Shown: positions 27,351 through 38,657, counted from the stretch's first letter. The stretch is DNA of 64,000 nucleotides from Rheinheimera sp. (GCA_008015325.1 SSFI01000056.1:2802-66801), one strand, 5' to 3'. Numbers and translations are program-made. The notes: a model not told the origin generated them from the letters alone.

Positions 27351-28506
27351 GCAGCTGGTCTGCAGGCTTGGCGATCACCACGCCGGTGAAGGTTTGATTC
27401 AGATGCACACCCTGAAAATGCTCGCCATAAGTGTTGAAACCAAACACACGATGGGCACGAAAAAATTCTGACGCCTGTGGCAAACTCCGACGCTCGGCGC
27501 TTTCCAGCCGGCGCAGTACACAGTCGCAGCCGATAGTGATCAGCGGCTCGCCGATGCGCTGTTCGATCTCAGCAAAGCGTTGTTGTAAATCCGGCAAAAT
27601 CGGTTGTGGCTGCATCGTCGTCAGCACAGCACCAAGCCCGACCGCGCAATAAAAGGTCAGGCTACCGTCCGGATTGACGCGCTGAATAGACCGCACGTAA
27701 TAATCTTTGCCGATTTTCACCGCCAGCGGATGCATGGCAAAAACGGTGGCATTGAGTTCAGTCACGGTACAACCTATGGCCGCCGCGTAGGCGACGGCGG
27801 CAGGTTCTGCGTTCAGTTCCTGCACGGTGCGCATGTCTGTTGTCGCTGCTGTGACCACCAGTTTGTGGGTCAGCGCGCTGACATGGTGGGTGCTGAACAC
27901 TTCAAAGGGCAGCGTGGTGTGCAGCATAATGACCGCCGCTGCGCCCTGATAAAACCGGCCATTGGCGAAAATATGGGTGGCGCTGAGCAGGTTGTCATCG
28001 CCGGCCGAACCGCCAAAATGAGCGATATTGCCCAGTGCTGTTTCGAGTGCCAGCAGCACCATTTCTTCCTGCGCGGATAAACCATCGAGCAGCGTCAGCA
28101 CAAAAGGTCGGGCTTCTTGTGGATCCTGTAGTGTATGTTGCAGCCTATGTTGCAATAGGGCATCAACCAACTGCTGTGCTTTGAATAAATCAAAAGCCGC
28201 CAAATCTTCGATACAGGCCAGCGCTACTTGAAAGTGGCTGGCGCTGAAACCCAAAGCACAAATAGTGCCCTGGTCGTAGCCGCGTGGTGTGATTTCACCG
28301 GCTGTGGTGCAGCCGGCGAGCGGCATGTCGGCAAAATGGCCGGCAAAGGCTTGTTCCAGCGCAGACCGGTCATATTCGGCAGAGCAAAAAAACAACACAA
28401 AACCGGGTTTGGCAGGTAACAGCTGGGCAGCAAGTTCAGCCACCGCCTGATTGGCATCGGGCGCGGCAGACATAGCGGCAACAATAGGGTCGGAACAGGC
28501 AGACAT
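27343..28506 (-). CDS. nosP: FIST-domain sensor protein, NosP-like
   Basis: LAGCTTAGEI, FGGSAGDD, YYVRSIQ, IGCDCVLRRLE, GFNTYGE, HLNQTFTG. Start moved to ATG 28506 (387 aa). Confidence 0.8.
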   Translation of the reverse strand: MSACSDPIVAAMSAAPDANQAVAELAAQLLPAKPGFVLFFCSAEYDRSALEQAFAGHFADMPLAGCTTAGEITPRGYDQGTICALGFSASHFQVALACIEDLAAFDLFKAQQLVDALLQHRLQHTLQDPQEARPFVLTLLDGLSAQEEMVLLALETALGNIAHFGGSAGDDNLLSATHIFANGRFYQGAAAVIMLHTTLPFEVFSTHHVSALTHKLVVTAATTDMRTVQELNAEPAAVAYAAAIGCTVTELNATVFAMHPLAVKIGKDYYVRSIQRVNPDGSLTFYCAVGLGAVLTTMQPQPILPDLQQRFAEIEQRIGEPLITIGCDCVLRRLESAERRSLPQASEFFRAHRVFGFNTYGEHFQGVHLNQTFTGVVIAKPADQLHD

Positions 28507-28627
28507 AATTTCGCCTAAAGCTGGCCTGGACGGCAGGCATGTACCGGATTGTAGGGCGAATTTCTTGCCACAGGCAAGCCGGACCACAGTCCGGCGCCGT
28601 GACAGCAGGCTGGTGCCAAAAACGGAC

Positions 28628-30151
28628 TTAGAAAAAGCCCAGTGGGTTGACGTCATAACTAATCAGCAGGTTTTTGGTTTGCTGATAGTGATTGAGCATC
28701 ATTTTGTGCGTTTCGCGGCCGACGCCGGATTTTTTGTAACCGCCAAAAGCTGCATGTGCCGGATAGTGGTGATAACAGTTAGTCCAGACGCGGCCAGCTT
28801 CAATTCCACGACCCATGCGGTAAGCGCGGTTCATGTCACGGGTCCAGACGCCGGCGCCTAAGCCAAATTCAGAGTCATTGGCGATGGCGAGCGCTTCCGC
28901 TTCAGTTTTAAAAGTGGTCACGGCAACCACAGGGCCAAAGATCTCTTCCTGGAACACGCGCATTTTGTTGTGGCCTTTGAGCAGGGTCGGCTGCACATAA
29001 AATCCACCGTTGAGGCCATCGCCCAGCGCTTCTTTATCGCCGCCAATCAGCACCTGCGCGCCTTCTTCGCGGCCAATGGTCAGATAACTCATGATTTTAT
29101 CAAATTGCTGCGCCGACGCCTGGGCGCCAACCATCACTTCGGTATCGAGCGGATTCCCGCGTTTGATGGCTTTGGTGCGCTCAATCACTTTGGCGATAAA
29201 GGCATCATAAATACTGTCTTCGACCAGCAAGCGGGACGGGCAGGTACAGACTTCGCCCTGGTTAAAAAACGCCAGCACCACGCCTTCAATACATTTGCTT
29301 AAGTAACTGTCTTCAAAATTCATCACATCAGCAAAAAAGATATTCGGTGATTTGCCGCCCAGTTCAACTGTCGAAGGGATGATATTTTCGGCGGCACATT
29401 TAAGGATATGTGAACCTGTTGGCGTCGAGCCGGTAAAGGCAATTTTGGCAATGCGCTTGCTGGTGGCCAGTGCTTCACCGGCTTCGCGGCCATAACCATT
29501 GACGACGTTCAGTACCCCGGCTGGAAGTAAATCTTCAATAATTTCAATGAATTTTAAGATAGACCACGGCGTTTGTTCGGCCGGTTTTAATACCACGCAG
29601 TTGCCTGCAGCGAGTGCCGGTGCCAGTTTCCAGGCGGCCATCAGTAAAGGGAAATTCCACGGAATGATCTGACCGACGACGCCGAGCGGTTCATGTAAAT
29701 GATAAGCCACAGTGTGCTGGTCAATTTCACCGATACTGCCTTCCTGCGCGCGGATAGCGCCGGCAAAATAACGGAAATGGTCGACGGCGAGCGGCACATC
29801 AGCGTTTAAAGTTTCGCGTACGGCTTTACCATTGTCCCAGGTCTCCGCAACGGCGATTTGTTCCAGATGTTGTTCCAGCCGGTCGGCGATTTTCAGTAAT
29901 AAATTCGAACGGAAAGTGACTGAAGTGGCGCCCCAGCTGGCTTTGGCGGCGTGGGCGGCATCCAGCGCCAGCTCGATATCTTCGGCCGTAGAGCGTGGGA
30001 TTTGGCAAAACGGCAGGCCGGTGACTGGTGAAATATTATCAAAATACTGGCCTTTCACCGGCGCCAGCCATTTGCCACCAATGAAATTACCATATTGTGC
30101 TTTGACGGTTACAAGGGCGCCGTCTTGCCCTGGATTTGCATAAATCATCAT
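28628..30151 (-). CDS. NAD-dependent aldehyde dehydrogenase (ExaC/AldB type)
   Basis: [38 protein letters not shown]-terminal YDVNPLGFF. Confidence 0.93.
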   Translation of the reverse strand: MMIYANPGQDGALVTVKAQYGNFIGGKWLAPVKGQYFDNISPVTGLPFCQIPRSTAEDIELALDAAHAAKASWGATSVTFRSNLLLKIADRLEQHLEQIAVAETWDNGKAVRETLNADVPLAVDHFRYFAGAIRAQEGSIGEIDQHTVAYHLHEPLGVVGQIIPWNFPLLMAAWKLAPALAAGNCVVLKPAEQTPWSILKFIEIIEDLLPAGVLNVVNGYGREAGEALATSKRIAKIAFTGSTPTGSHILKCAAENIIPSTVELGGKSPNIFFADVMNFEDSYLSKCIEGVVLAFFNQGEVCTCPSRLLVEDSIYDAFIAKVIERTKAIKRGNPLDTEVMVGAQASAQQFDKIMSYLTIGREEGAQVLIGGDKEALGDGLNGGFYVQPTLLKGHNKMRVFQEEIFGPVVAVTTFKTEAEALAIANDSEFGLGAGVWTRDMNRAYRMGRGIEAGRVWTNCYHHYPAHAAFGGYKKSGVGRETHKMMLNHYQQTKNLLISYDVNPLGFF

Positions 30152-30445
30152 CTACCCCGTGGATTTGTGGTTATGGTCAGAAGGTGCATGTCATCTGCCT
30201 TGTCACCATCGATGTTATGCCTGCGGTGCGCCCCCGGATATTCGCCGGACGGACAGAAAAACCAGTACTAAAGTCGTAATTTTGCCAGCGGGTGCCAATA
30301 TCGCGCTGTGGCAAGGCCGAGTGCCGGCCTGTGCGCTTGCAATCAGGGGTGATTCCTCTACAGTGGTTTGATGGACCCATTTAGTTGTTTGGATAAGTCA
30401 GCTGCTGCGACTGGTGCACAATTCTTCCCGCCCTCACGAGTTTTT

Positions 30446-31771
30446 ATGTTTGGAAACAAAGCGTTAAAGATTGAAAATCAACAATTACGCGAACGGCTGA
30501 ATATGTTCTTACAGGTGCGGGACAGCCTGAATCAGAAAATGATGTATCTGTTGCTTGATGCCCGTGGCCACGTTGAAAAAGCCAATGACATTTTTCTCAG
30601 TGAGATGCAATCCGATGCGACTTTTATCACAGGGAAATTACTGACAGATCTGGTGCCTGCGCATTTACGCTAGACTGCACATTTCCAAAAATTACAGACA
30701 GCGCTGGCCCAGGGGCAGGTTTATGTCGGTGTCTGGCAGGTCGAAGACCGGCAGAAAAATCAGTACTGGTTCAGAGCGGGTTTGTGTCCGGTGCGCAACA
30801 GTAACGGCCAGCTGGACCATTTTGAACTCTATGCCAGCAACCTGACCCGTACTATTGATACTTCGCAGCAACATGATGCACTGATCCGCGCCATGCAACG
30901 CTCGATGGCGGTGATTGAATTTGATATGCAAGGTCATGTGTTGCACGCCAACGAGTTGTTTCTGCGTGGCATGGGTTATCAGCTGTCAGATATTCAGGGC
31001 AAACATCACCGGTTGTTTTGCCCGCCGGAAATCAATAACAGCCCGTAATATCAGCAGTTCTGGCAACAACTGCAGCAAGGCAAGTTTGTCGCAGCGCGCT
31101 TTCGCCGTATTGACCGCCGTGGTAACGACGTCTGGCTGGAAGCTTCTTATAACCCCATTCAGAACGCCGCTGGCCAGTATGTCAAAGTAGTGAAATTTGC
31201 CACTGTGATCACCGAACAAATCCGCCAGGAGCAGGAAGTGGCGGCGGCCGCGGCTGTGGCCTATGACACCTCCAGCCTGACTGACCAAAGCTCCCGTCAG
31301 GGTATGCAGGTAATGCACGATACCGCTGCAGTGATGCAGGCGCTGGAAACGCAGATGGCGGCCGCCGTGGGCAATATCAACGATTTAGCGCGTCAGTCGC
31401 AGCTGATTAACAGCATTATTCAGAGCATCAGCAGTATTGCCGACCAGACTAATTTGCTGGCGTTAAATGCAGCCATTGAAGCGGCGCGGGCCGGTGACCA
31501 GGGCCGTGGTTTTGCCGTGGTCGCTGATGAAGTGCGGCAGCTGGCATCCCGCACCAGTGCCGCGACCGCGGAGATCACTGAAGTGGTCAACCGCAATCAG
31601 CAGTTGTCGCAAAGTGCAGTGTCTATTATCGAAGGCAGTCAGCAACAAGCGCTGCAGGTGAATCAGCTGGTGGGGCAAGCGCGCGACGTGATTAACGACA
31701 TCCAGTCGGCGGCACAAAAAGTGGTCGACGCCGTGTCGCAGTTTGCCAACCGGATCCATACCAAAAATTAA
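30446..31771 (+). pseudogene. Cytoplasmic PAS-PAS methyl-accepting chemotaxis protein (BdlA/Aer-like) with two in-frame nonsense codons
   Basis: ORFs 30368-30673, 30782-31048 and 31190-31771 share one frame; reading through TAG 30671-73 and TAA 31046-48 gives a continuous 441-codon product with [24 protein letters not shown] and [17 protein letters not shown]...[12 protein letters not shown]. Confidence 0.88.
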
Positions 31772-31831
31772 TTTGGTAACGCCGGCCACAGCATGAACTG
31801 TTGTAGCCGGCTTATCGTGATGCCTGTCCGA

Positions 31832-34240
31832 TTAAATCGGCGCGCCCGGTGGCAGTTGTTTAGGCACAAACAGCGGTTGCCAGCTGCCATGCTGCAGATA
31901 GTGCTGCCACTGGCTGGCGAGCAATAACGCAGTGCCGTCGTCGCGTTTTTGCAGTTGTTTGCCAAGGCCGGTCAGCTGTGCCAGCAAGGTCGCCCGGGCT
32001 TCCGGCGCCAGCTCTGCACTGTTCAAGCTTTGCATCAGCTGATAAAACACCACATGACTGACACGCTGGCGAATGAGGCCGGCGGCGTCGTCACTGCTGT
32101 CGGCCAACAGCGTGCGTTCAATCACAGTGCCAAGCAACGTATCGAGTTGCAGCTGGCCGCTTAAGCGGTTCAGCCGCTGCGGATGCAACAGCAGGCTCAG
32201 CGTATGATTGGCCGAAGCTTCGGCTGCAGACAGCGGGTCAAAGGCCAGGCCATTACGGCCCTGAAAACTTTCGCGGCCATCGGCGTCGCCATAGGCTTTA
32301 GGCGGAATGAGTGCCAGCAGTTCTTTGGGCAGGGCCAGAAATTCTGGTGTTAAGGTTGACAACAAGGCGTTTACTGCCGCCTGTTGTTGTTTGGCATCGA
32401 CCCACTGAAAACCTTTCGGTTGGTCGTAATCGCCTTTTAATTCATATTCATAATGCGCGCCGCCAATCAGTTTACTGACTGCTTCGACCTGATAACGATG
32501 CAGCGCATAAATCGGCACTAAAGCTTCATGCAGCGCCGACAAAGGCCGGTTGCTGGCGATGTTATCAAGGCCAAATTGCTTCAGGGCTGCCGCCCGTACC
32601 TGACTCAGCCGCGTCAGTTCTGCCACCGGATCAGCGCCGCTGTCCCATAAATGGCCGATAGCGCTGACGCCGCCTTCCGGCCGTGCGTCCTCATCAGCCA
32701 TATATTGCAAACCCTGTTGTCTGGCTTGCTGCACCAAGGCTGCCCGTGCGCTGTCGTTGTGGTCGCCATAGCCATAAGCGATGGCATACAAATCCCATTC
32801 ACCGAGGCCTTCGCGATAGGCCTGGTCCAGCGCCAGTTTGCCGTTGCGCAGGTCGACCTGCGGATGCGGATAATCCATCACGGTCGCGCGGCCATTGGCG
32901 CTGCCGGCAAAGTTATGGATAAGCCCCAGAGTGTGGCCCACTTCGTGCGCCGCCAGCTGACGAATACGCGCCAGCGCCATAGTTTTGGCCGCTTCGGTGC
33001 TGCCGTTTGGCTGATAAGGTGCGGTGAGGCCCGTTGCAATGAGGAAATCCTGCCGGACTCTGAGCGAGCCTAAAGTGACATGGCCTTTGATAATTTCACC
33101 AGTGCGTGGGTCCGTCACGCCATAACCATAAGACCAGCCGCGCGTCGCCCGGTGCACCCACTGGATCACGTTGTAGCGCACATCCATCGGGTCAGCATCT
33201 GCGGGTAAGTCCTTGACCTGAAATGCATCTTTATAACCAAGTTTCTGATAAGCCTGGTCCCACCAACCGGCGCCCTGTTTCAGTGCAGTGCGCACTGGCT
33301 CCGGCACGCCGGGGTCAAGGTAATAGACAATAGGCTCAACCGCTTCGCTGACGGAGGCGGTTGGGTCTTTTTTCTGTAAGCGGTGGCGCGGCAATAATCG
33401 CTGCACTATCGGTTGGTCAAAGGCGGTGGCGTAGTCCATATATTCGACTTTCCAGTAGCCGGAATAAGGATGAAAGGCGCGCGGTTGATAACCCGCTTCC
33501 GGCAGCGCCACCAGCGAGTGGTGCAGATGCACAGTAATAGCCTCAGGCGCCGGCGTGACCTGTTTGACAAATTCACCGGCTTTACTGCCGCTGTAAGTCA
33601 CCATGGCTTCCAGTTCGGTATTGCGCGGGAAGGCTTTACTGCGTTTTAAATAAACACCGCTGCGGCCGGCATCCGGGCTGTAATTACCTTGTTGCTGCGC
33701 TTCCAGTTTGGCGCTGATTTGATGCATATCGCTTTGCAAAAAGGCGGTGTAATCGACCAACAGTTTGCCGCCATCGCTGGCCACTACCGGCAACCCGGCC
33801 AGCACTGAGCTGGCAAAAGCTTCATCGATACTCTGACGTTCGGCCGGATTATTGGAGTTGGCGCGGTAATAGGTGTTGAGCTGCTTCAGCATCACCTTAT
33901 TGCCATATTGCTCAAACTGCACCAGCCGGGTGTCACCGAGCTGACCGCGGTCCAGACCAATATCATTAGAGCCCACACCACGCGGCAACGAACTTTGGAA
34001 AATAAATGGCTGCGCTAATTTGTCGACCTGCAGATAGATTTTGTCGGTTTTGGCATCGTAGTAAAAATCAAAATAACCGCTTTGATGCTGCATGCCTTTG
34101 GTAAAGGCAGCAATCGCCGAATTTTTGCTGGCGGTTTGTGTCTGTACTGCAGGCTGGCTGACTGCGGTATTAGCCAGCGTCACCACTGGGCAGAGGGCGG
34201 GCAGCAGCCACAGCAAATGGGGAAGTTTCAACGGCTTCAT
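31832..34240 (-). CDS. Secreted zinc-dependent metalloprotease (DUF5117/DUF4953, EcxA-like)
   Basis: Signal peptide MKPLKLPHLLWLLPAL; zincin motif HEVGHTLGLIH and Met-turn VMDY. Start moved to ATG 34240. Confidence 0.85.
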   Translation of the reverse strand: MKPLKLPHLLWLLPALCPVVTLANTAVSQPAVQTQTASKNSAIAAFTKGMQHQSGYFDFYYDAKTDKIYLQVDKLAQPFIFQSSLPRGVGSNDIGLDRGQLGDTRLVQFEQYGNKVMLKQLNTYYRANSNNPAERQSIDEAFASSVLAGLPVVASDGGKLLVDYTAFLQSDMHQISAKLEAQQQGNYSPDAGRSGVYLKRSKAFPRNTELEAMVTYSGSKAGEFVKQVTPAPEAITVHLHHSLVALPEAGYQPRAFHPYSGYWKVEYMDYATAFDQPIVQRLLPRHRLQKKDPTASVSEAVEPIVYYLDPGVPEPVRTALKQGAGWWDQAYQKLGYKDAFQVKDLPADADPMDVRYNVIQWVHRATRGWSYGYGVTDPRTGEIIKGHVTLGSLRVRQDFLIATGLTAPYQPNGSTEAAKTMALARIRQLAAHEVGHTLGLIHNFAGSANGRATVMDYPHPQVDLRNGKLALDQAYREGLGEWDLYAIAYGYGDHNDSARAALVQQARQQGLQYMADEDARPEGGVSAIGHLWDSGADPVAELTRLSQVRAAALKQFGLDNIASNRPLSALHEALVPIYALHRYQVEAVSKLIGGAHYEYELKGDYDQPKGFQWVDAKQQQAAVNALLSTLTPEFLALPKELLALIPPKAYGDADGRESFQGRNGLAFDPLSAAEASANHTLSLLLHPQRLNRLSGQLQLDTLLGTVIERTLLADSSDDAAGLIRQRVSHVVFYQLMQSLNSAELAPEARATLLAQLTGLGKQLQKRDDGTALLLASQWQHYLQHGSWQPLFVPKQLPPGAPI

Positions 34241-34423
34241 CGGGCATCCTTGTAGTATTAGGGCAAAGCAGCGCGGGATAATACGGCGCATAGGATTGCA
34301 GTTAACATACAAGCGCAGTTGCAGAAAAAACAACCGCTAAATGAAAGGCTTCGGTGAATGGGGGTTGAGTAGCGGCAGGTGGGGGAGGCAGGCCCCGAAG
34401 ACGGGGCCGTCATTGGTATTGCA

Positions 34424-34900
34424 TTATCCACCCGATAACCGCGACGGGCCCTCCGCGTCATACCAGGCACCGTATTTATCGCCGAGCCACAAATGCAGGC
34501 GAAACGAATAAGCATTCGACAGCATTAACAGCCCACCGACTAATGCCGGTTCACTCCAGATGCCGAGTAAACAAAACATAAAACCAAAGCCGTGCGAGAT
34601 AAATTCAACCCGGCAGGCTGCGCTGCGGCTCGGTCTGAAGCTGAAAAAATTCAGCACAAACAGCCATTTCAGGCCGGTCGGTAATTGCTGCCAATGGCTG
34701 GATTTTTTATCCATATCAAAGTGCTCCTGAGTTAAGGTCGTGACATCAACTTCCAGCACTGCCGCCAGGCATTTGAGCGTCTCGGTACTCGGCTTATGGC
34801 CACTTTCAATCCGCTGGATAGTCCGGACATTGAGCCCGGACATCTGCGCCAATTGTTCTTGCGACAACAAACGGCTTAAACGCAATTGCTTCAAAATCAT
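34424..34900 (-). CDS. XRE-family HTH regulator with C-terminal membrane segments
   Basis: LSQEQLAQMSGLNVRTIQRIESG HTH followed by hydrophobic segments; start ATG 34900. Confidence 0.8.
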   Translation of the reverse strand: MILKQLRLSRLLSQEQLAQMSGLNVRTIQRIESGHKPSTETLKCLAAVLEVDVTTLTQEHFDMDKKSSHWQQLPTGLKWLFVLNFFSFRPSRSAACRVEFISHGFGFMFCLLGIWSEPALVGGLLMLSNAYSFRLHLWLGDKYGAWYDAEGPSRLSGG

Positions 34901-34946
34901 GGCATCACCTTTCAGACAGTGCAGCTGCACCTTAGCGTTTTAGCAT

Positions 34947-35017
34947 ACCTGACGGTGACAACGCGTACCCGCTATTTACCTGACATCTGCCGGACTATGA
35001 CCCGACAGTTACCCGAC
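34947..35017. repeat. Phased heptamer direct repeats (ACCYGAC-N4) upstream of the XRE gene
   Basis: ACCCGCT 34967, ACCTGAC 34978, GCCGGAC 34989, ACCCGAC 35000, ACCCGAC 35011 (11-bp period), plus ACCTGAC at 34947. Confidence 0.6.
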
Positions 35018-35264
35018 AAAGGCTGTGGAGCAGGCTGTTATGAATAAATCGACAATCGGCACGACATGATAAGTCCGTTGATCGCGGCAAAGCCAACACC
35101 GCCACCACTGCGTTCGCCCGTTCGCGCCTCCCGCGCTCACTCTTGATCGCTCACTCCGCGGCTGCCGATGATGGCTTTGTTGCAGTTTGAGGTATAGATG
35201 CAGCGTGAGTTTTACATTAGTGTGTATGCAGACTGGTAAATGGATTGGCAGGAAAAGGCAAAAA

Positions 35265-35747
35265 ATGATGCACCGTTATTTTGTAGTGTTAAGCCTCGCA
35301 TTTTTTGTGTCAGATGTGTATGCACACAAAGACCGAGAGGTTGTTATCACAGAAGGAGGAAAGCTTATCGGTTTACCCGAACAATACCTGCCTGCCCATT
35401 TTATGATTGATTCAAAGCAACTGCAGATTGGCAGGAATTCATTAGTTTTTCCGGAGTGCGTTTCTAAGTATTTTCTACATGATAGAGATCTCAATATCAC
35501 ATTGGGAAGCTCTTGGTATCACAAACAGAAAAATCCACCGCCATATATTTACTTCGATCTCAAGCCCAAAACTCAGGACTTTAGTATTCGATTGAATTTT
35601 GCATTAGATACTTTAGATCTTTTAAGTTTGGACGTTCAGTTTTACGGTACGAATGGTTCAGTTTACAGAGATGGTCTAGCGATTTATGAGAAGTGCAGAA
35701 TCAATGTTAGAAACGCCGTCAAACCATCAAAAACAGTTTCTAAATAA
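35265..35747 (+). CDS. Hypothetical exported protein, AT-rich
   Basis: 160-aa ORF with signal peptide (MMHRYFVVLSLAFFVSDVYA); visibly more AT-rich than its neighbours. Confidence 0.65.
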   Translation: MMHRYFVVLSLAFFVSDVYAHKDREVVITEGGKLIGLPEQYLPAHFMIDSKQLQIGRNSLVFPECVSKYFLHDRDLNITLGSSWYHKQKNPPPYIYFDLKPKTQDFSIRLNFALDTLDLLSLDVQFYGTNGSVYRDGLAIYEKCRINVRNAVKPSKTVSK

Positions 35748-35870
35748 GATATTCAGCAGTGTATTTAAGTCGATGGAAGCCCACTACTCTTTTGTTCGAG
35801 CTGCAAAAGTCGCTTTTTAATCTGTTAAAAGCAGAAACAACTAAAAACACCAAACACCCGTTGGAGCGAG

Positions 35871-36060
35871 CCGCTGAAAAATGTTGATTTGAGGTTTTAA
35901 GAAAACGAGTGTTTGAGTGCGGCGACGCTAGCGCCGCGCGAGTTGCGTTTTCGCCTCAAATCGGCATTTTTCAGCGGGCTTTCGAGCGTAACCGGGTGCG
36001 CCTTTTCTTTAGGTTCCTTTCTTTTGGCAAGACAAAAGAAAGGAACTCACCGACAGGTGA
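35871..36060. repeat. Highly structured palindromic intergenic element (MITE/REP-like)
   Basis: 24-bp stem 35871-35894/35954-35977, inner stems, 14-bp perfect hairpin 36013-36046, 5-bp hairpin 36047-36060. Confidence 0.6.
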
Positions 36061-36148
36061 AATCTTTGCTAAGCGGTCTCGCCGCAGAGGGAAAAAAGGT
36101 AATTCAGAAGATAACAGCTTCTAAGCCGGTGGCCTGAACTGTAAGCAC

Positions 36149-36322
36149 TCAGCCGGAGCCACCAGGCAACTGCAACAACGCAAACTCCTGCCACTCAGGG
36201 CTATCTTCGCCGGCATTCAGTTCGCCGTGGAAATAATCCGGCTGCAGTAACAGGTCATCGTGTTGATGCTCTGGTTGAGATTCGAAAGCGAACGGGGAGG
36301 TGACTTGGTCTGGCTGTGGCAT
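36149..36322 (-). CDS. Small acidic hypothetical protein (57 aa)
   Basis: MPQPDQVTSPFAFESQPEHQHDDLLLQPDYFHGELNAGEDSPEWQEFALLQLPGGSG*; GGAG about 7 nt upstream; below the ORF-track cutoff. Confidence 0.5.
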   Translation of the reverse strand: MPQPDQVTSPFAFESQPEHQHDDLLLQPDYFHGELNAGEDSPEWQEFALLQLPGGSG

Positions 36323-36390
36323 CACAAAATCTCCGATGAATATGCAAAAGGGCTTATTAAGCTATAGCGGATTTTGCTGGCGGCGCAGAG

Positions 36391-36416
36391 AAAAAAAACG
36401 CCGGCATGGCCGGCGT
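36391..36416 (-). terminator. Rho-independent terminator of frmA-fghA
   Basis: ACGCCGG-ccatg-CCGGCGT followed by a T-run on the minus strand. Confidence 0.7.
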
Positions 36417-36495
36417 GGGGAAATGCTGGCGACCTGGTTTGTAAAGTTGATTGCAGGGCAGGCGACCAGCGAGGCTTAACAGGTGCTACAGCCGC

Positions 36496-37332
36496 TTATT
36501 CAAACAAATAACGCGCATGAAAACGCAAATGTTCTTCGATAAAGCTGCTGATGAAATAATACGAATGGTCGTAACCGGGCTGAAAACGGATATCCACTTT
36601 GGCACCACTGCTGGCGGCAGCTTCAATCAAGGCCTCAGTACGTAGCTGCGCCGGATAAAACTGGTCCTTGTCGCCTTGATCCACCAACATTGGCGGCACC
36701 ATAGTCGATTTAGCTAACAAAGCGCTGGCGTCGTACTCCAGCCAGTCCTGCACATTGTCTCCAAGATAAGCGCTGAAAGCTTTGCGGCCCCATTCACATT
36801 GGCTTGGCTGGCAAATCGGAGAAAAGGCGGAGACTGAGCGATAGGCCGCCGGCTGGCGCAGCGCCAACACTAAAGCGCCGTGGCCGCCCATCGAATGTCC
36901 GCTGATGGACTTCACCTGAGTCAACGGCAGAGCCACCGGCAGAATCGCCGGCAATTCGCTGCTGATGTAATCGTACATCCGGTAGTGCGCGCTCCAGGGG
37001 GCTCTAGTGGCGTTGACATAAAAACCGGCCCCCTGACCCAAATCATAAGCCGGGTCATTGGCGACCAGTTCACCACGCGGGCTGGTGTCCGGAATGATCA
37101 GTGCAATGCCAAGCTCGGCGGCAACGCGCTGCGCACCGGCTTTGACCGAAAAGTTTTCGTCGGTGCAGGTGAGGCCGGATAGCCAATACAGCGCCGGCAC
37201 TTTTTGGCTTTCAGCCTGCGGCGGCAAATACACCGAAAACTGCATTTTACAGCTCAGTGTATTGGCGAAGTGTTCAAACTTCAGCTGGCGGCCGCCAAAC
37301 AGACGGGATTCTGCCAGTTGGGTCAGTGACAT
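36496..37332 (-). CDS. fghA: S-formylglutathione hydrolase
   Basis: WLSGLTC, PDTSPRG, YDLGQGAGFY, GHSMGGHGA, YDHSYYF. Confidence 0.95.
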   Translation of the reverse strand: MSLTQLAESRLFGGRQLKFEHFANTLSCKMQFSVYLPPQAESQKVPALYWLSGLTCTDENFSVKAGAQRVAAELGIALIIPDTSPRGELVANDPAYDLGQGAGFYVNATRAPWSAHYRMYDYISSELPAILPVALPLTQVKSISGHSMGGHGALVLALRQPAAYRSVSAFSPICQPSQCEWGRKAFSAYLGDNVQDWLEYDASALLAKSTMVPPMLVDQGDKDQFYPAQLRTEALIEAAASSGAKVDIRFQPGYDHSYYFISSFIEEHLRFHARYLFE

Positions 37333-37393
37333 ACTTTAATCCTTGTCAAACCCCCGGCACCTGGCTGTTGGAACATGGTGCCGGGTCAAAAAA

Positions 37394-38515
<1,122 letters not shown>

Positions 38516-38657
38516 TTAATTCCTATGAGCTGTGGTGGCAGCACAAGCAAAGCACAGCCTGACTGCTATCACCACTGGCAGAGACAACAAGATGTCTCAT
38601 TGTAATTTTTTCTTAATCGAAGATAATCAGGTAAAAATGAAAATGAGTTTTGCATAA

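Noticed and set aside
24859-28523. Identical 11-mer GCCTAAAGCTG near the regulator start (24859) and the nosP start (28513)
   Set aside because: Opposite orientation relative to the two genes, and many 11-mer matches are expected by chance in 64 kb.
30283-30298. Sigma54-like TGGCAC...GC upstream of the ALDH (minus strand)
   Set aside because: GG-to-GC spacing is 9 nt, not the required 10.
35060-36130. Integron cassette (attC) or CRISPR interpretation of the accessory patch
   Set aside because: No RYYYAAC/GTTRRRY pair bracketing the ORF, no integrase, and no repeat-spacer array or cas genes in the window.
35909-36137. 71-aa and 74-aa ORFs
   Set aside because: They lie inside the palindromic element; low-complexity translations with no start signals.
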